From Klebsormidium nitens (lineage: Eukaryota > Plantae > Klebsormidiophyceae): a DNA stretch of 64,000 nucleotides. Shown in pieces: positions 51,984-64,000 of the stretch (position 1 is its first letter; every line of letters begins with the position of its first letter). The stretch spans positions 3,810 through 67,809 of the forward strand of contig DF237142.1 of the NCBI GenBank assembly GCA_000708835.1. Direction: 5' to 3'. The position numbers and the translations under genes were made by a program. The notes beneath the pieces are model-generated. The model worked only from the letters and a program-made list of their open reading frames with translations, did not search any database and was not told the DNA's origin.

Positions 51984-54900
51984 CTACCAGCCTAAGAACC
52001 CAAGCCACCGCCACCCTGCGTTCGCTTGATCAGCTTCCTCATCGTCAGCGGTTGTGCCACCTGGGAAATCCAGATTTCAAACATGGGTCTCGAAGCCGAA
52101 GCCACAGTCAAGGAGCCCTATACTTTAAACAGTGGACAGCCGAAGTCTTCTCCAAGTGGCAGTGTCACTTCAAAGTCTTTCATACATCGATCACCAGCTT
52201 GCTTGCATGATGAGAGGACGTGCGTGAAAACCGCCCAACAAAGTCAAGGTGCTACAGTGGCCCTCGGGCTGGTAGGTATGTTCGATACTGGTCCATCCTC
52301 AGAACAGCTAGAAAGTTTTTACGAATCATGTGCAACAATAAACCTGGCAAAGGGAAGGCCCAGAGACTCGGATCAAATTCTTGCTGGGAAATATACTGTT
52401 GCAGTGAAAGTCCATGTCTGTGCTGACGGTTTTTAGGCATAAAAAACCAGTTGCAAGCCAAAGGTGAGACCACCCAAGCAGCGGACTCACCAGCAGCACC
52501 TCCGCTCTTCTCGTCGTCTCGCGCCCCATGTCTCCCGCTCCGAGGCGTCCGGATCTCTTCCAAACTGTGCGGGTTTCCAGGGGCAATGTCCTCCAGAAAC
52601 GGATTGTCGCCCCCGAAAACGGACCGCTGGAGGTTGCGTGGAGTCGATGAAGCGCCGCCCCTGGTGTGAATGCCCTCGCTGCCAGTGCTGACGGTGCCGA
52701 AGTCGGCGCCACGGGGCTCCCAGATGTGCATTTTCACACTGCGAACGAAACACCGTGGTGAGGGGGGGTGCAAAAGGTTGCGCAAGGGGCATTGACGTTT
52801 GCAAGCCGTATGAGGCGAGAAGGTGGAGGAAGTCAGTCCGTTGAGGTGAAGGGGTCAAGGGAAGAGTTCTGATGCTGGGAGAAAACCTGATTGAAGCGAA
52901 GCAGGGAACGGGATTCTTGGATAAGGCCTTGGGCTTTTGAGAGCAGGCAGCATGCATATCTGAAACAAATTGCGAACGACCTATGGTCCTCAACGTAGGT
53001 TGCAAGATTCCGAACCAGGTTCCGTTGAATAACCAGGTCGACTGGATTCAAAGTCGATAATCGATGCCAGCATTCGCCAAGTACGGCGTCAGCAAATGCA
53101 ACACTCTCCCTGCTTCCCCGAATCCACGGTCCTGGAGAACCAAGGTCAAATAAAACGAGGCCGACAGAAAAACGGAATGCGGGAGCAAAGTACTAACTAG
53201 CAGAGGGAGGAACTCGGTTGACCCGCTCACAGCGTCGACTTCCGCAGATTGTAGCGCCGCAGCCCTGCGCTCATATCCTCTCCGTCCCTCGGATCGACTA
53301 CCGCCCGCAAGTGCCGTTTCCCGCCCCCCTCGCTCGGCGTATCTTCACCCTCAACTTCCCCCCTGAACTTAGTCGCAAACTCCACCACCCGCGGGTCCAC
53401 CAACCCAGCCTCGTCTTCCGAATCCGCCTGCTTAACCCGCCTCTTAACCTTGCCCCGTTTGGGTCCCACGTCGTCTTCGTTCTCCGAGTCGGTCACCTTC
53501 CCCTTCCCCTTTCCGCTCTCAGGTGCCTTCCGTTTGCTCCCCCTGCGCTCCTCCCCGTTTCCCCCCTCCTTTTTCGACTGGACTTTTGCCCCCCCTCTCG
53601 TTGAGCGCGCCCCTCCTTCGGCACCTCTAGACGGATCGGCCGCCAAGGCGGAACTGCCCGCTGCTCCTGCACCCTGTAGACTTCCCAAGGCTCCAGTCAC
53701 CAGATCGGAGCCAGTTTCCACCAAGCTTTTCCCTTGAGCGTCCCGGGTGTGAACAGCCCCCAACTCGTCTGCAAGTGCCTCCCCAATGTTTCCGGTCAGT
53801 TCGTCAGCCACCCCCCCGACTGTTGCCTCCACAGCGCCTCCTAGAGCGGTGACGTCATCCGCCAGGTCAGCAGCAGAGCGCGTGACGTCATCTGCCACGT
53901 CAGAGGCGGACACGCCCACCGCAGCGTCCGCTAGCTCCATTGCTGTCTCGTTCAGATCAAATGCTGCCGTTTTCGCCTTCTTGACAATCACGCTCCCCGC
54001 TTTTTGCCCCTTCTCAACCACTTCTCTCAATGCCGCCTCGCTTTTCTCGACGACTGTCTCTGTGAATGTATTTAGGAGCCCCTCCCCTCCCTGCGCCGCC
54101 TCTCGCCCTCTCTCCTCCCCCTCTGGCCCATCGAACGGCACCCCTTCGGGGGTGCCAAACTCCAGCCTTTCCGGACCCCCCATCTCCATGTCCTCGTCTC
54201 TATCCGCAGCCTCTACCAGATCGCCCACGATGCTCCGCAACTCCCCGACTTGGCTCCGATACACGCCCCCGGAACCCTCCAGACTTCCCTCCTCATCCCC
54301 CTCGCTGGCAGGCCCTCTAGAGCTTCCCGCCCCAAAGCCCCACGCCGCCCGGAAGCCGTCGAACGCTCTCCCAAAGGCGGACTTTGGCGTTTTCGGGGGG
54401 AGAGTGGATGTCGGACCGGGAGGGCTTGGCGAGACAGTTGGCAGCTCCGCAGCATCGACGGCTGCGGACGCGCCACCTGGCGCCATGGGATTGGGCGCTG
54501 GGGCTTCTTGGGGATCGTCGTTGGGGAGCTCTTGGTTTTTTGCGGCTGCTGCTTCGATCAGAAGAGTCTCATCTGCAACGCATTCGAAAATGCACCTTTG
54601 CTCAGGAGCTATAGTAAGTCGGACTTTCAGAAATAACTCCTTGGCGCCATGAAGGGACAGAAGGAAGCGCGAGTGTGCTGTCCCACTGCTGCAAGGGTCG
54701 CTGTTCATTGTGAGAAGCACGGAAAGCTGGGCACATTATGAGGGAAAAGGTGTTCGAGCTCGAAGCTGCTGATTACAGGGGCTCAAAGGACACGAGAAAG
54801 AATGAACCTGCACAATATCCGTAACCGAAGGGGAACCGATCGGAGGAAACAAAGCTTTCCAATCTTTGTTGCCGAGCGGTTAGCTTCTCATGCGAAATAG

Positions 54901-57900
54901 AGCTATTGCCCATTGAGTGCCCGGCCCATACCTGTCTTGCCCGAAGCTCCGGCCCTCTCCCCGCTCCTCCTCTTCACAGCCACTTTCGCCTTCTTGAGCC
55001 CCGAATTCCCAGTCTCCGGAGCCCCCCTCACTTTCTCCAAACCCTTCACAGTTGCGCCATCCACAATGTCGGCGTTCGCAGCCTCGCGTTCAGGCACTGA
55101 GGTTTTCGCCCCGTCCGCAGATCCGGCGTTTAAGAATTCACGTTCGGGGGCCAAGTCAGGCGAGGTACGCGCATTCAGCGGCCCCACCGCCGCTTCGTCA
55201 GCGGCGATCGCGCGTTCTTCCGCCTCGAGGCGCGCCATGATCCGCTCTATTTTCGCCTGCTCTTCCGCCGTCAGAGCCCTCTGCAACCGTCTCGCCGGTC
55301 CCGTGCCGGGCGTCTTTGCCGGAGAGGGATCCCTCTGCTCACGCCCCGCGATCTCGGCGCTCTTTCCCGGCGCCTGGTTCCGAGTCCCGTCGGTAAGCGG
55401 GGAAACCCTTTCGGTTTGTTTGGGCGGTTCTTGCGATTGAGCGTCTGGACCAACATCCGCTCCGGGTGGGGAACTCTTACCCCTTTTTCCGGAAGAGCCC
55501 GCCAGCTGGGTAGCCGAAGTCGGCTCTAAGGTTCCCTTGAGATCTGACGACAAGGTCCGCTCCCGCAACCGGCTGCTCGTTCTCACTGCGGACAGTGGGG
55601 GCTTCGGCGTTCGCGCAGGTTTGGGGGTTGGAAGGACGGCCCTTCCCACTCTCGTGTTGGGGGTCTTAGCAACTCGAGTGGCCCGCTCTTCCGCCGCTCT
55701 CGTCTCATCTCCTCTCAGATCCATCTCAGGTGGCGTTTCGTTTTCTGTGGGAAGGGGCCCCTGTTGCACGTCCATCAAAACCGGGCCAACCTCTCCCCCG
55801 TCGTTTCTCGCATTCTCCAGCAGGGGGCTGCTTTGCCCCTCAACCTGACCCCCTGGAAGGTTTTTCTCCGCCCCTTCCTCTCCTGAGGGGCTCGTCCCTG
55901 CACCGTCTTGGCCCCCCTCTTCCGCTTTGGCTTTCCTTGGCGAAAGGAACCCCGGCCACAGGCTCCAGCGGGGCTTCTTCACACTCACTTCCCGCGGGGC
56001 TTTCCTGTCAGTGTGACCTGGGACAAAACCCAGGTCTGTGTCGTCCAGAACAAAGCCGAAAGGCCCCGTAATTGTATCCGCCGCGCGTCCCACAGCCGTC
56101 ACCGCGGCGCCCAGCGCTTCAACAGGGCCTCCGTGCTTCTCCTCTAAAACCGGCTTATCTGGACCTGCGTCCGCTATGATTCTCCGCTGTTTCAGGGGGC
56201 GCTCTTCAGGGGCCTCCTCAGGGGGGGTCTCCGGCTGCTTCCGCTTGCTCTGCAGTTTCGGGCGCTTAGGCGAGGGAGCCCCATTCACACCAGCAGAGAC
56301 AACTGGCGTTGGCTCAGCGTGAACAGCCACCTCGTCAGCACTTGCGCCTTCTACCCCGGCAGCCTCGCTTGACCCGACGGGGTTAACAGCGACCGGAGGG
56401 GTTTCCATTCCCACCTGTGACAGCAAGCCATCAATCTGCTCAAGAGGCGGCACTCCGTCCACCAGAATCTGCCTCTCCCCTTCTTCGTTCTCTCTGGCTT
56501 CTGAGGGCTGAGCCCCTCGCCTTGGGGACCCTAAACCAAACCAGCTCCTCCTTGGAACCCCCTCCTTCGGACCCCCTGCTTGCTCCCCCTCGGTTAGCTG
56601 ACTAACCCCCTCCAAACCCTCACCGTTTTGCAGCGAGCTCTTCTCCCCCTCAGCCTCACTGACAGCCCTTGCTTGCCCCGCCGTTCTGCTCCGCTCTTCT
56701 TTCACCGCCTTGTCAATCGCAGCCCGCTTTTCCCCTTCAGCCTTCCGTTCCGCATCTCTCACCGCTTTCTGGATTGCAGCGCCCCTTTCCTGATCGTACT
56801 TCGCTTTCGCTTCCTCTTTGGCCTTCTTGACCGCGTCCTTAACCTGCGCCTTAACTTCTCTCTCCACTCCCTTCTTCGACCCCTCGCTGACCCGCCTCTC
56901 CACCTCTTCTCTGTTTCGCACCTCCAGCTCACTAACCCGCTCCTTAAGCTGCGCGCTAACGCGCCGTTCCACTTCCAAGTCTACTCCTGCTAACCGCTCC
57001 TGTAACCGCACCGTTGCCCGTTCTTCTGCCCTGATCTCAGCCTCGCGTTCGAGATCTTTCACCCGCTTTTCTACCTCCGACTTTGCAGCCCGTTGCGTCG
57101 CCGCATCGGCGGTGAGCATCTTGGTTTGAAACTCTATCTCCAAAGAAGCTCGCGTCTCCTGCAACTCTAGTTGCATCGCGGCTCGCTCCTTATCTAACTG
57201 CGCCCTTGACGCCTGGAGAAGCGCTTCGCCCTTTGCTCTGTCCCCTTGCAGCTGCACAAATCAACAGAAGCCTTTCAGCAAAGTAGTCAAGAGAAAAGGA
57301 AGCAATTCAGCAAAGCAGTCAAGAAAATTGAGGTGCAATGGCAGAGAAAGAAGGTTTTAAGAGAGCGTCAAGCTGGCCCTGTGACTATCCGAAGGAGTGT
57401 ACCCAGCCACGGTCGAGATCCTGCCTCCATTGAGATCCAAAGACAAACAAGTATACTGACGACCGATGTAGAAACCGTAGATTCTCCAGTTCAACAATGT
57501 GAACGGACCGAGAACGAGTGCAGACGAACTGACAGAAAGTAAGCCCTATAGCTGTTCAAGTCCACTTGAATAGTCCCTTCGCTTTCATCACGAAAGAACT
57601 ACAGTACAAAACAAGGCCCTCACGCCCCCTGAATCCTTCGACTCTAGGACCCAGGATCCGCAAAATCAGACGCAACAGAGGACAAAAGGGCCCACCTGCT
57701 GCAACTGCTTTGCCACGTCTGCCTCCGCTTGTCTCCTCTGGGCCTCCAACTCCTCCTTTTGCTGCCTAAGATTTTCGTCCGTGCCCGACTCTCGCAATAA
57801 CAGCTGCACGAAAAGAAGCCAACTTTTCAGTGGTTGGAAGTTAGCCTGCCGTCAACTGAAAAGAAACAAGGCTTTGCACACTGCACAGGCCATCGCAAGT

Positions 57901-60900
57901 CAGTGCTTGGATCAGTGCCCATGTTTGGCCCTCGATAATGGTTACAGTATCACAGCCAAAGAGAAGACTTCGCCTGCAACGAATATTCGATTCCTAACTA
58001 CGAACGCAAGGGTAACTTCTGTTGGTTACTTACTTGGCTCTTACATTCAAGCAGCGTGTTTGATCACTGAAGGGCTGACCGAACACACAAAGGGAGCGGG
58101 TTGCTTTTCTAAACAACCCATGGCACAATCAGATCTCGACCAGTGAGGAAATTTCGTTTGTCACACCACACAAACATAGCCCGAACTCAACCCACTGCAT
58201 TCAAAACGAAGGGAATCCAACATTTGCTGCTTCTTACCTCATGTTCCCTTGCCGCCAGATCCTTGTCTTTGCTGGCCAGCTGGCGAGTCTGCTCTTCCAA
58301 CTGCGCCTCCTTGTCAAGCAGTGCCGCTGCCTCCATTTCCAGCTGCGCTGCTTTCCTGAAGATGACGAAACAAATCGCTTACATCAGCGTTGGGGAGATA
58401 TGGGGCACCACGACATGGGCTCGACCACTACGACATAGTATCTCTGAATCGTGTGCTTCAGGTTTTGAAAGTACGTACGGCCCCTCAGGCAGAGAAGCAA
58501 GACACGAATCTGAACGCCAGTCCCCTCCCTGTATTCCTCACGCGTTGAAAAATCCGTCTTTTCTTGTTGAAAATGTCCTCACCGCTGAATCCAGGGGTCC
58601 CTCTGATTTCCGCACAGAGTGAATCGCGGATACCTTTCCCAACCCCGAAAGAAGACCAGACTTGTAAAATGCAGAATTAAGAGAATACTGAGAACCTTCC
58701 ACCAGGCCAAAGAAACGGCACCCGTTCTCCATGTGGACTGCGAGAACTTCGCCATGAACTGGCCCTAAACAAGCGTTGTAGGTTGACCACTTGTGACACA
58801 TGACCAGAATAAGACCAACCTTCAGGGCACAAGAAAAAGAGAAACGCACTTCTCAGCCTGTTCCCTCTCCAAGACGTCCTCCCCCTTCCGCCTTTCCAGC
58901 GCTGCCCTCTCGCTCTCCAGCATCTGTGCCCTCCCTTTAAGCTGCTTCTCTAACTTCCCCAGATCTTCCTCCTTCTTTTGCACTGCCTCTTCCTTCTCTT
59001 CTAGACCCGCCTGCCTCTCCCGCAGAGCTTTTGCCCCCTCCTCTAGTTCCTTTGCAGAGCTCTCGGCTGTTGACTCAAATGCTTGCACTGCCGCTTCCCT
59101 AGCGTCTATTTCTTTGACACGCGCGTCGATCTTCGCCTCAATACGCTGCCACTCGCTTTCTTGCTCCGCCAGACGAGCCCGCTCCTCATTCATAGACTGC
59201 ACAGAGAGATTTGCAAGCTCTTGAGACAGAGATGGAATCAGAGATCCTGAACTGCTCGGTCAAGGAATGCAATCTGCTTGGACAAAGTCAACTTGGCACA
59301 GAAGCAAGAAGGAATATGAGCTCTGAAGTTCGTGCAACTCTTGTTTGTGCATTTGACTTGGAAGCCTCAAGGGCCCTATTTTCTTCCGTTTTTGCAAGCT
59401 CTCCCGGTGGGGAGCGTGTTTCAACAGGAAGAAGAGAGAACCATTGGCACAAACACGTACAGACCACTTTTGAGTGCAGATGGCACTTCCATTTTTTAGC
59501 ATGTAACTTCAATCCTTCGTGCTGGTCGTAAAGCCATAATCCTGAATTCAAATCAAAAAAGCAATGACATTGTGGGGGAGTGAGAACCTGACTGATGGGC
59601 TTCCCCGAGCTCTGTTCCACTATGCAACATGACTTGCCTACGAACCGAATCTATCACACTCCAAAAAAGGTGTCGCTCCCCAAGGATCTGAAAGACCAAT
59701 TTCCCATGAGAAAACTCACCTTTTGTTGCTCGCGGAGGTCTGCCTCCGTCCTCAGCATCTCGCGCTTCTCGTCCCCCAGTAACTTCTCCCGCTGATCCAG
59801 ATCTTGGTCGCGCTTGTTCGCGTCCTCCTGCTTTCTTTCCAGCTCATCTTGGGACATCTGAAGCGCCTTCTCCTGCGCAGCCAAGCTGTCCTCCTTCACG
59901 CTGATCTCAGCCTTGCGAGTGGACATGTCGTGTTCGGCAGCCTCCTTCTCTGCTCTGCGAGGGGGACAAAAAAGCCGTTGTGAACTGATGCACTCGGTTG
60001 CAGAAGTCAAAGAAGCGGGGTTCCAATGTCTATTGGGCAGCGCTAATACTATCAAAACGCGGGCTGCGAACCATCTTCAACTCTTTCAAAACGTCCTAAG
60101 TGCCAAACCTGATGGTATTATAAAACCGATTGAAAACTGCTGAGAGTTCACTTTCTGTTGCCTTGCTTTGCAGTTGCAAAGCTTGATTGTGTCTGTCGCC
60201 CCTCCATAAACATCCGCATGGCCACTCACTGCATCTCCTTCTGCATCTGCTCGCGCTCGCCCTCCACACTTCGCCGCAGAGCTTCGACCCTCAGTTCCTC
60301 CTCTTCTCGTTCCCGTCCCAGCTTCTTTCTCTCCTCTTCTAGTTCTCCCTCCACCTTTCTCTTCCTCTCCGCAAGCTTGATTCCCTTCTCTGTCAGTTCC
60401 CGCTTGCCAGCATTCAGCGCTGCTTCCCCCTCATTCAGCGCCTTCTCTCGGCTAGCTGCGTCATCCTCCCTCTCCGCCAATCCACGCAGTTTCCCGTCTA
60501 GCTCACTCTCCCTGACTTTAAGCCCCTCTTCTAGTTGCTGTGCCCCCTTCAGATCCCTGGCGGCCTTCTCGAACAGTTCTTCCGAGCGCTCACGGTCCTT
60601 AACGGCTCCCGCCTCTAGTTCTTGTGCCCGGGCCAACCGCTCTCGGGAGCTCTTCTCCTCTGCTTGCAGCTTGGCATGCATCTCTTCCAGCGACTGTTTC
60701 AGCTGCACACACCGATCACGACACATCAATGCCTGACTTTGAAATACTTCATCACGTTTGGCTGTAGTGCGAGTCTACTTTGTAAATTTTGACCGACTGA
60801 AGCCCGTGGTAAGAGTCGGATCAATCAACCGTTCTCTTCGTGGACCTGCAGGGATTGCGGGCTATTATGCACAGCTTGCTCCATGTGTGACAAGATGGCT

Positions 60901-63187
60901 CCTTAAGAGCATAACATCATTCTCTTTTCATCGCACTAACCCAAACCCCCCCAAAACCCCCCCCAAAATCCCCGCTCGATAACTACTCCTTTGTTCCACA
61001 ATGTTGACACCACATCACTTGCAACACATTGGCATCAACTTCGCCCCAAAGAATATGAAGAGTTACCGGCATCATGCCTCTATTCCCCAATGTTAAACAG
61101 AAGCTGCTCATGTTGCCCTTCATGGTAAGGATATTGTACGAAAGGCAGTACTTCGTAAGTGCAAAGCACTCACAGAAACAACCCACGAAAGAAAGCAAAG
61201 CAACAACAGACTCAAAACAGAAAACAACCTTAGAGCCATAAGAAACAGAACAGAGAGGATGAGAAGTATCGCAGCTATGCGCACATCAGCAATGACCGTC
61301 CGCTCTGCCTTGAGGCTGGCCCGCAGCCCGTCCTCTCGTCTGGTGACATCATCCAGTGCTAGCTGAAGGCTGCGGCCCTCCTTTTGCAGCTCCTCCCTCG
61401 TCCTTTGCAGCGCTTTTTCCAGCTCATCGATCTGGGGCTTGCATTTCTTGTGCTCCAGGATGAGGACGCCCAGATTGTAGCGGTAATCTGCCAGCTGCAA
61501 ATGAGAGGAGCTACGCCTAATTCAAATCGTTCTATTCTTGTGGACCACAATCCCACGAGGATTTTCGCTGAAAACAATGGGGCGAAGCAGACCAAGGCTC
61601 CGATGCGACTGCTGTTTCAAGGGCACAGAGCAAGGAAGGTCCAACAATGTTAACGCTATAATAGGTTACTCCGGTTCCAACCAAAGTAACGATTTCAGGG
61701 ACAGTGATGATGAAGACAAATCCACTACTGCACGCTGAGGTTCCCGGACTGATTCAGAGGGTTTCAATCTGAAAGACTTTCCACAGCATGTGGATTGGTG
61801 GTCAATGAAGGACTCAAAAAAGGGTAACATCACAGATCTCCTCTGTATGGAAACAAACGACATGATCTGCTCAGGATTGAAACAACCGAGAAAGGCTTTT
61901 CTTTTCACCACTGCATTTGGACGGATCACCATAACTATTCTCAGAATTACCCCCCTGGACTACGCAGTATTCTGATTGATGCTTCGTTACTAAAAAATAA
62001 GCAGATTCTGACAGATTATTGTCTTCAAACAGCCTACAAAGCTGCTATAAGGGCACACCACCCTAGATTCTGGATGCAAAGCGACCCCAACTCTTACTGA
62101 AATTACGTATAAGCAACAGATAAGTTCTTCATCATCAGCCAGATCAAAACAACCCACTCACACAACATACAGAGAATTTCGTCATCTGTAAGTAGCGAAC
62201 GCTCTAAAAACTCTGCATGATCAATGAAAGACTGACTCGATGACTTTGCTAAGGCATGCACATTCAAACGGAGTTGCTCGCTCTGTTTCCATCAGAAGCC
62301 CCATTCATAAAAGCAATATTGCCCATAATCGATGAGAGGTTCCACTGGTCTGATACAGAAGCTCTGGATAATCATCGATCTCAAGAAACCCATACACTCC
62401 GTAACTCACAACCAGGGAATATCACCATGCACGAAAGGTTGCTTCAAAAGCTAAAGAACCCTACCTCTCTTTCCACATCGTCAAGCTGCCGTTGCAGCTC
62501 TTCCTTCTCCCTTCTTACAAGCACCTCCTCGTCCAGAGCCCCCGCCCCTCGGAACCTCCTCCAGACCTCTTCCTCACCACTCGGATTAACCGCCGTGAGA
62601 GCACGCTCTGTATTCTCTTCCCTGCGGTCCACAGACACTCCGACAGACTCGTTGACAGCTGTCCAGACACGAATCGATCGGGCCGCCTCCCTTGCATGCA
62701 ATTCCTCTGCAAGGATGGCTGTACCAGGGGAGTCAAACATAGCACGCCTGCCCGGCGCATTGTCCCTCATCTGCGAACGTTCCGAGTTTCTGGAAGTACC
62801 AGCTAAGCCAGTGTCTGAAACCTTCCCATCGTCTGGCCGGAGTGGGACTGCATTGCTATCAGGGCCGTTACCATCAACTGCACCGCCATCCCTCCTCATT
62901 CCTCCATCGAATGGTGCGGGTTGTGCCTTGTCCGCTTGCTGGGCATCCAAGGTGCGACGGACTCTGGAACTTTCAGCTGCCGCATTTCCCTGTGCTTGCT
63001 CATTCAAAGCACCTCTTGCTTCAGAGGAAGGCCTTTCAAAGTCCATGAATCGCCTCGGCACGGCCGCTGGCGTCGCCTCTTCCCCACCTGGAACTACACT
63101 GAATCGCGAGGGGCCAGGGGTCCTGAAGTCTGTTCTGCCAGGCGTCTTTGCGCGCAGCGAGCTGCGCCTTCCACCGCTAGAAAACAT
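51984..63187 (-). CDS. NMCP: Nuclear matrix constituent protein (NMCP/CRWN/LINC), plant lamin analogue
   Basis: Eleven phase-consistent exons: 63187-62465, 61494-61285, 60702-60230, 59954-59720, 59196-58850, 58355-58238, 57803-57696, 57251-54932, 54572-53231, 52738-52491 and 52060-51984. Diagnostic motifs: VWRRFRGAGALDEEVL..LADYRYNLGVLILEHK (cf. W.RF.E.G.LDE..L.DYQYNMGLLLIEKK), a long coiled coil, RRYNLRK in the tail, and an acidic/aromatic C-terminus DDEEAD..WRWLGFLGW*. Confidence 0.87.
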
Positions 63188-64000
63188 CTTCACCCCCTGC
63201 CAAGACCCGCAACCTTCAAAGGCGATTGCTGGCTGTCAAGCTACAGCCTAGCTATGGCCGCGCCCTAGCAGACACACATGAACATCCGCCCTTCGAGATG
63301 CTCTGCGAATGGCTCCAGAGCGGCGAGAGCCCTGGCATGCCTGGCGAGCGTGGTGACTTGACACCTGATTCCCTGTGGACCAGCCCAGACCAATTTGAGA
63401 GGAGAGATTGAATTCATGGTGTCATGTCAGACACGAGAGAAACGGCAGATCAGCAAACGGTCATATTTCCTCGAGGTCGAGTGATGCTTTAACCCGATCC
63501 AGGCCTGTCGACTTGACTTGCTATTCCCCGGCTCGCGAACGTGTTTCAAAAGATCGCCGTCGAAGAGGTTATCTTAACAGATCATTTCGTATTGCTAACC
63601 CATCTAACCCGGCTACCTGCAAGGCGACGCGAGGCTCTTGAGTTTTGAGCAAGACGCGAAAATCCGAGCTGTAAAATGAGAGAGAGAAGACGAAGCTCCC
63701 AGCTTCAGCTGATTGCATGAAAGCTGTTGAAGGAAGAAAGTTGCGGCTACATTATTGCATAGAAGCCATCTGCCAGCTTCCCCCGGGGCCACTCCGGATA
63801 GGCTGGTAACATATCACTACATGCATAGCAAGTTAAGAAGGGCCGGAGCTGGATTGTCAACGCTGCTGCATGACTGGGTTCGAGGGCGTCAAGAATCAAA
63901 TGTGTTCCTTAAGAACAGGTGAGATCGATCAGTCGGAGCTTAAGCGTAGCCTACTTTCCAAATCAGTGTACCACCTCGCTGCAAAAACATATCAGAGCCG

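Noticed and set aside
52252-63268. Many long plus-strand ORFs (e.g. 53786-54652, 62256-63251, 60158-60736)
   Set aside because: They are antisense shadows of GC-rich, low-complexity NMCP exons.
1-64000. rRNA, tRNA, CRISPR arrays, LTR/LINE coding domains
   Set aside because: None recognised by eye.

Overview
Eukaryotic, intron-rich (GT-AG) genomic DNA. The gene content suggests a streptophyte alga, Klebsormidium-like (inference): plant-type NMCP/CRWN, PUB62-type U-box and WRC domains occur together with a ciliary BBOF1 gene. I built spliced models by hand, using splice-phase consistency, for these genes in order: U-box/SH3-KOW-like/WRC gene (+, ~3.8-7.4 kb) with a probably linked downstream exon chain (to 12.7 kb); BBOF1-like (-); vWA protein 1 (+); a full-length RICTOR-like gene (+); vWA protein 2 (-), an inverted paralog of vWA 1; a GT71/MNN2-type alpha-mannosyltransferase (+); and an NMCP/CRWN lamin-like gene (-). 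Three small inverted-repeat elements are also present, one a hAT-type element with a perfect 8-bp TSD. The main highlight is the TORC2-defining subunit RICTOR in a green-lineage genome, where TORC2 is generally described as absent; it sits between two inverted vWA paralogs of a type I recall from fungi. The second highlight is recurrent decayed tandem 'echo' copies of splice junctions plus adjacent exon sequence inside introns of several genes. All family assignments come from my recall of motifs; no database search was run.
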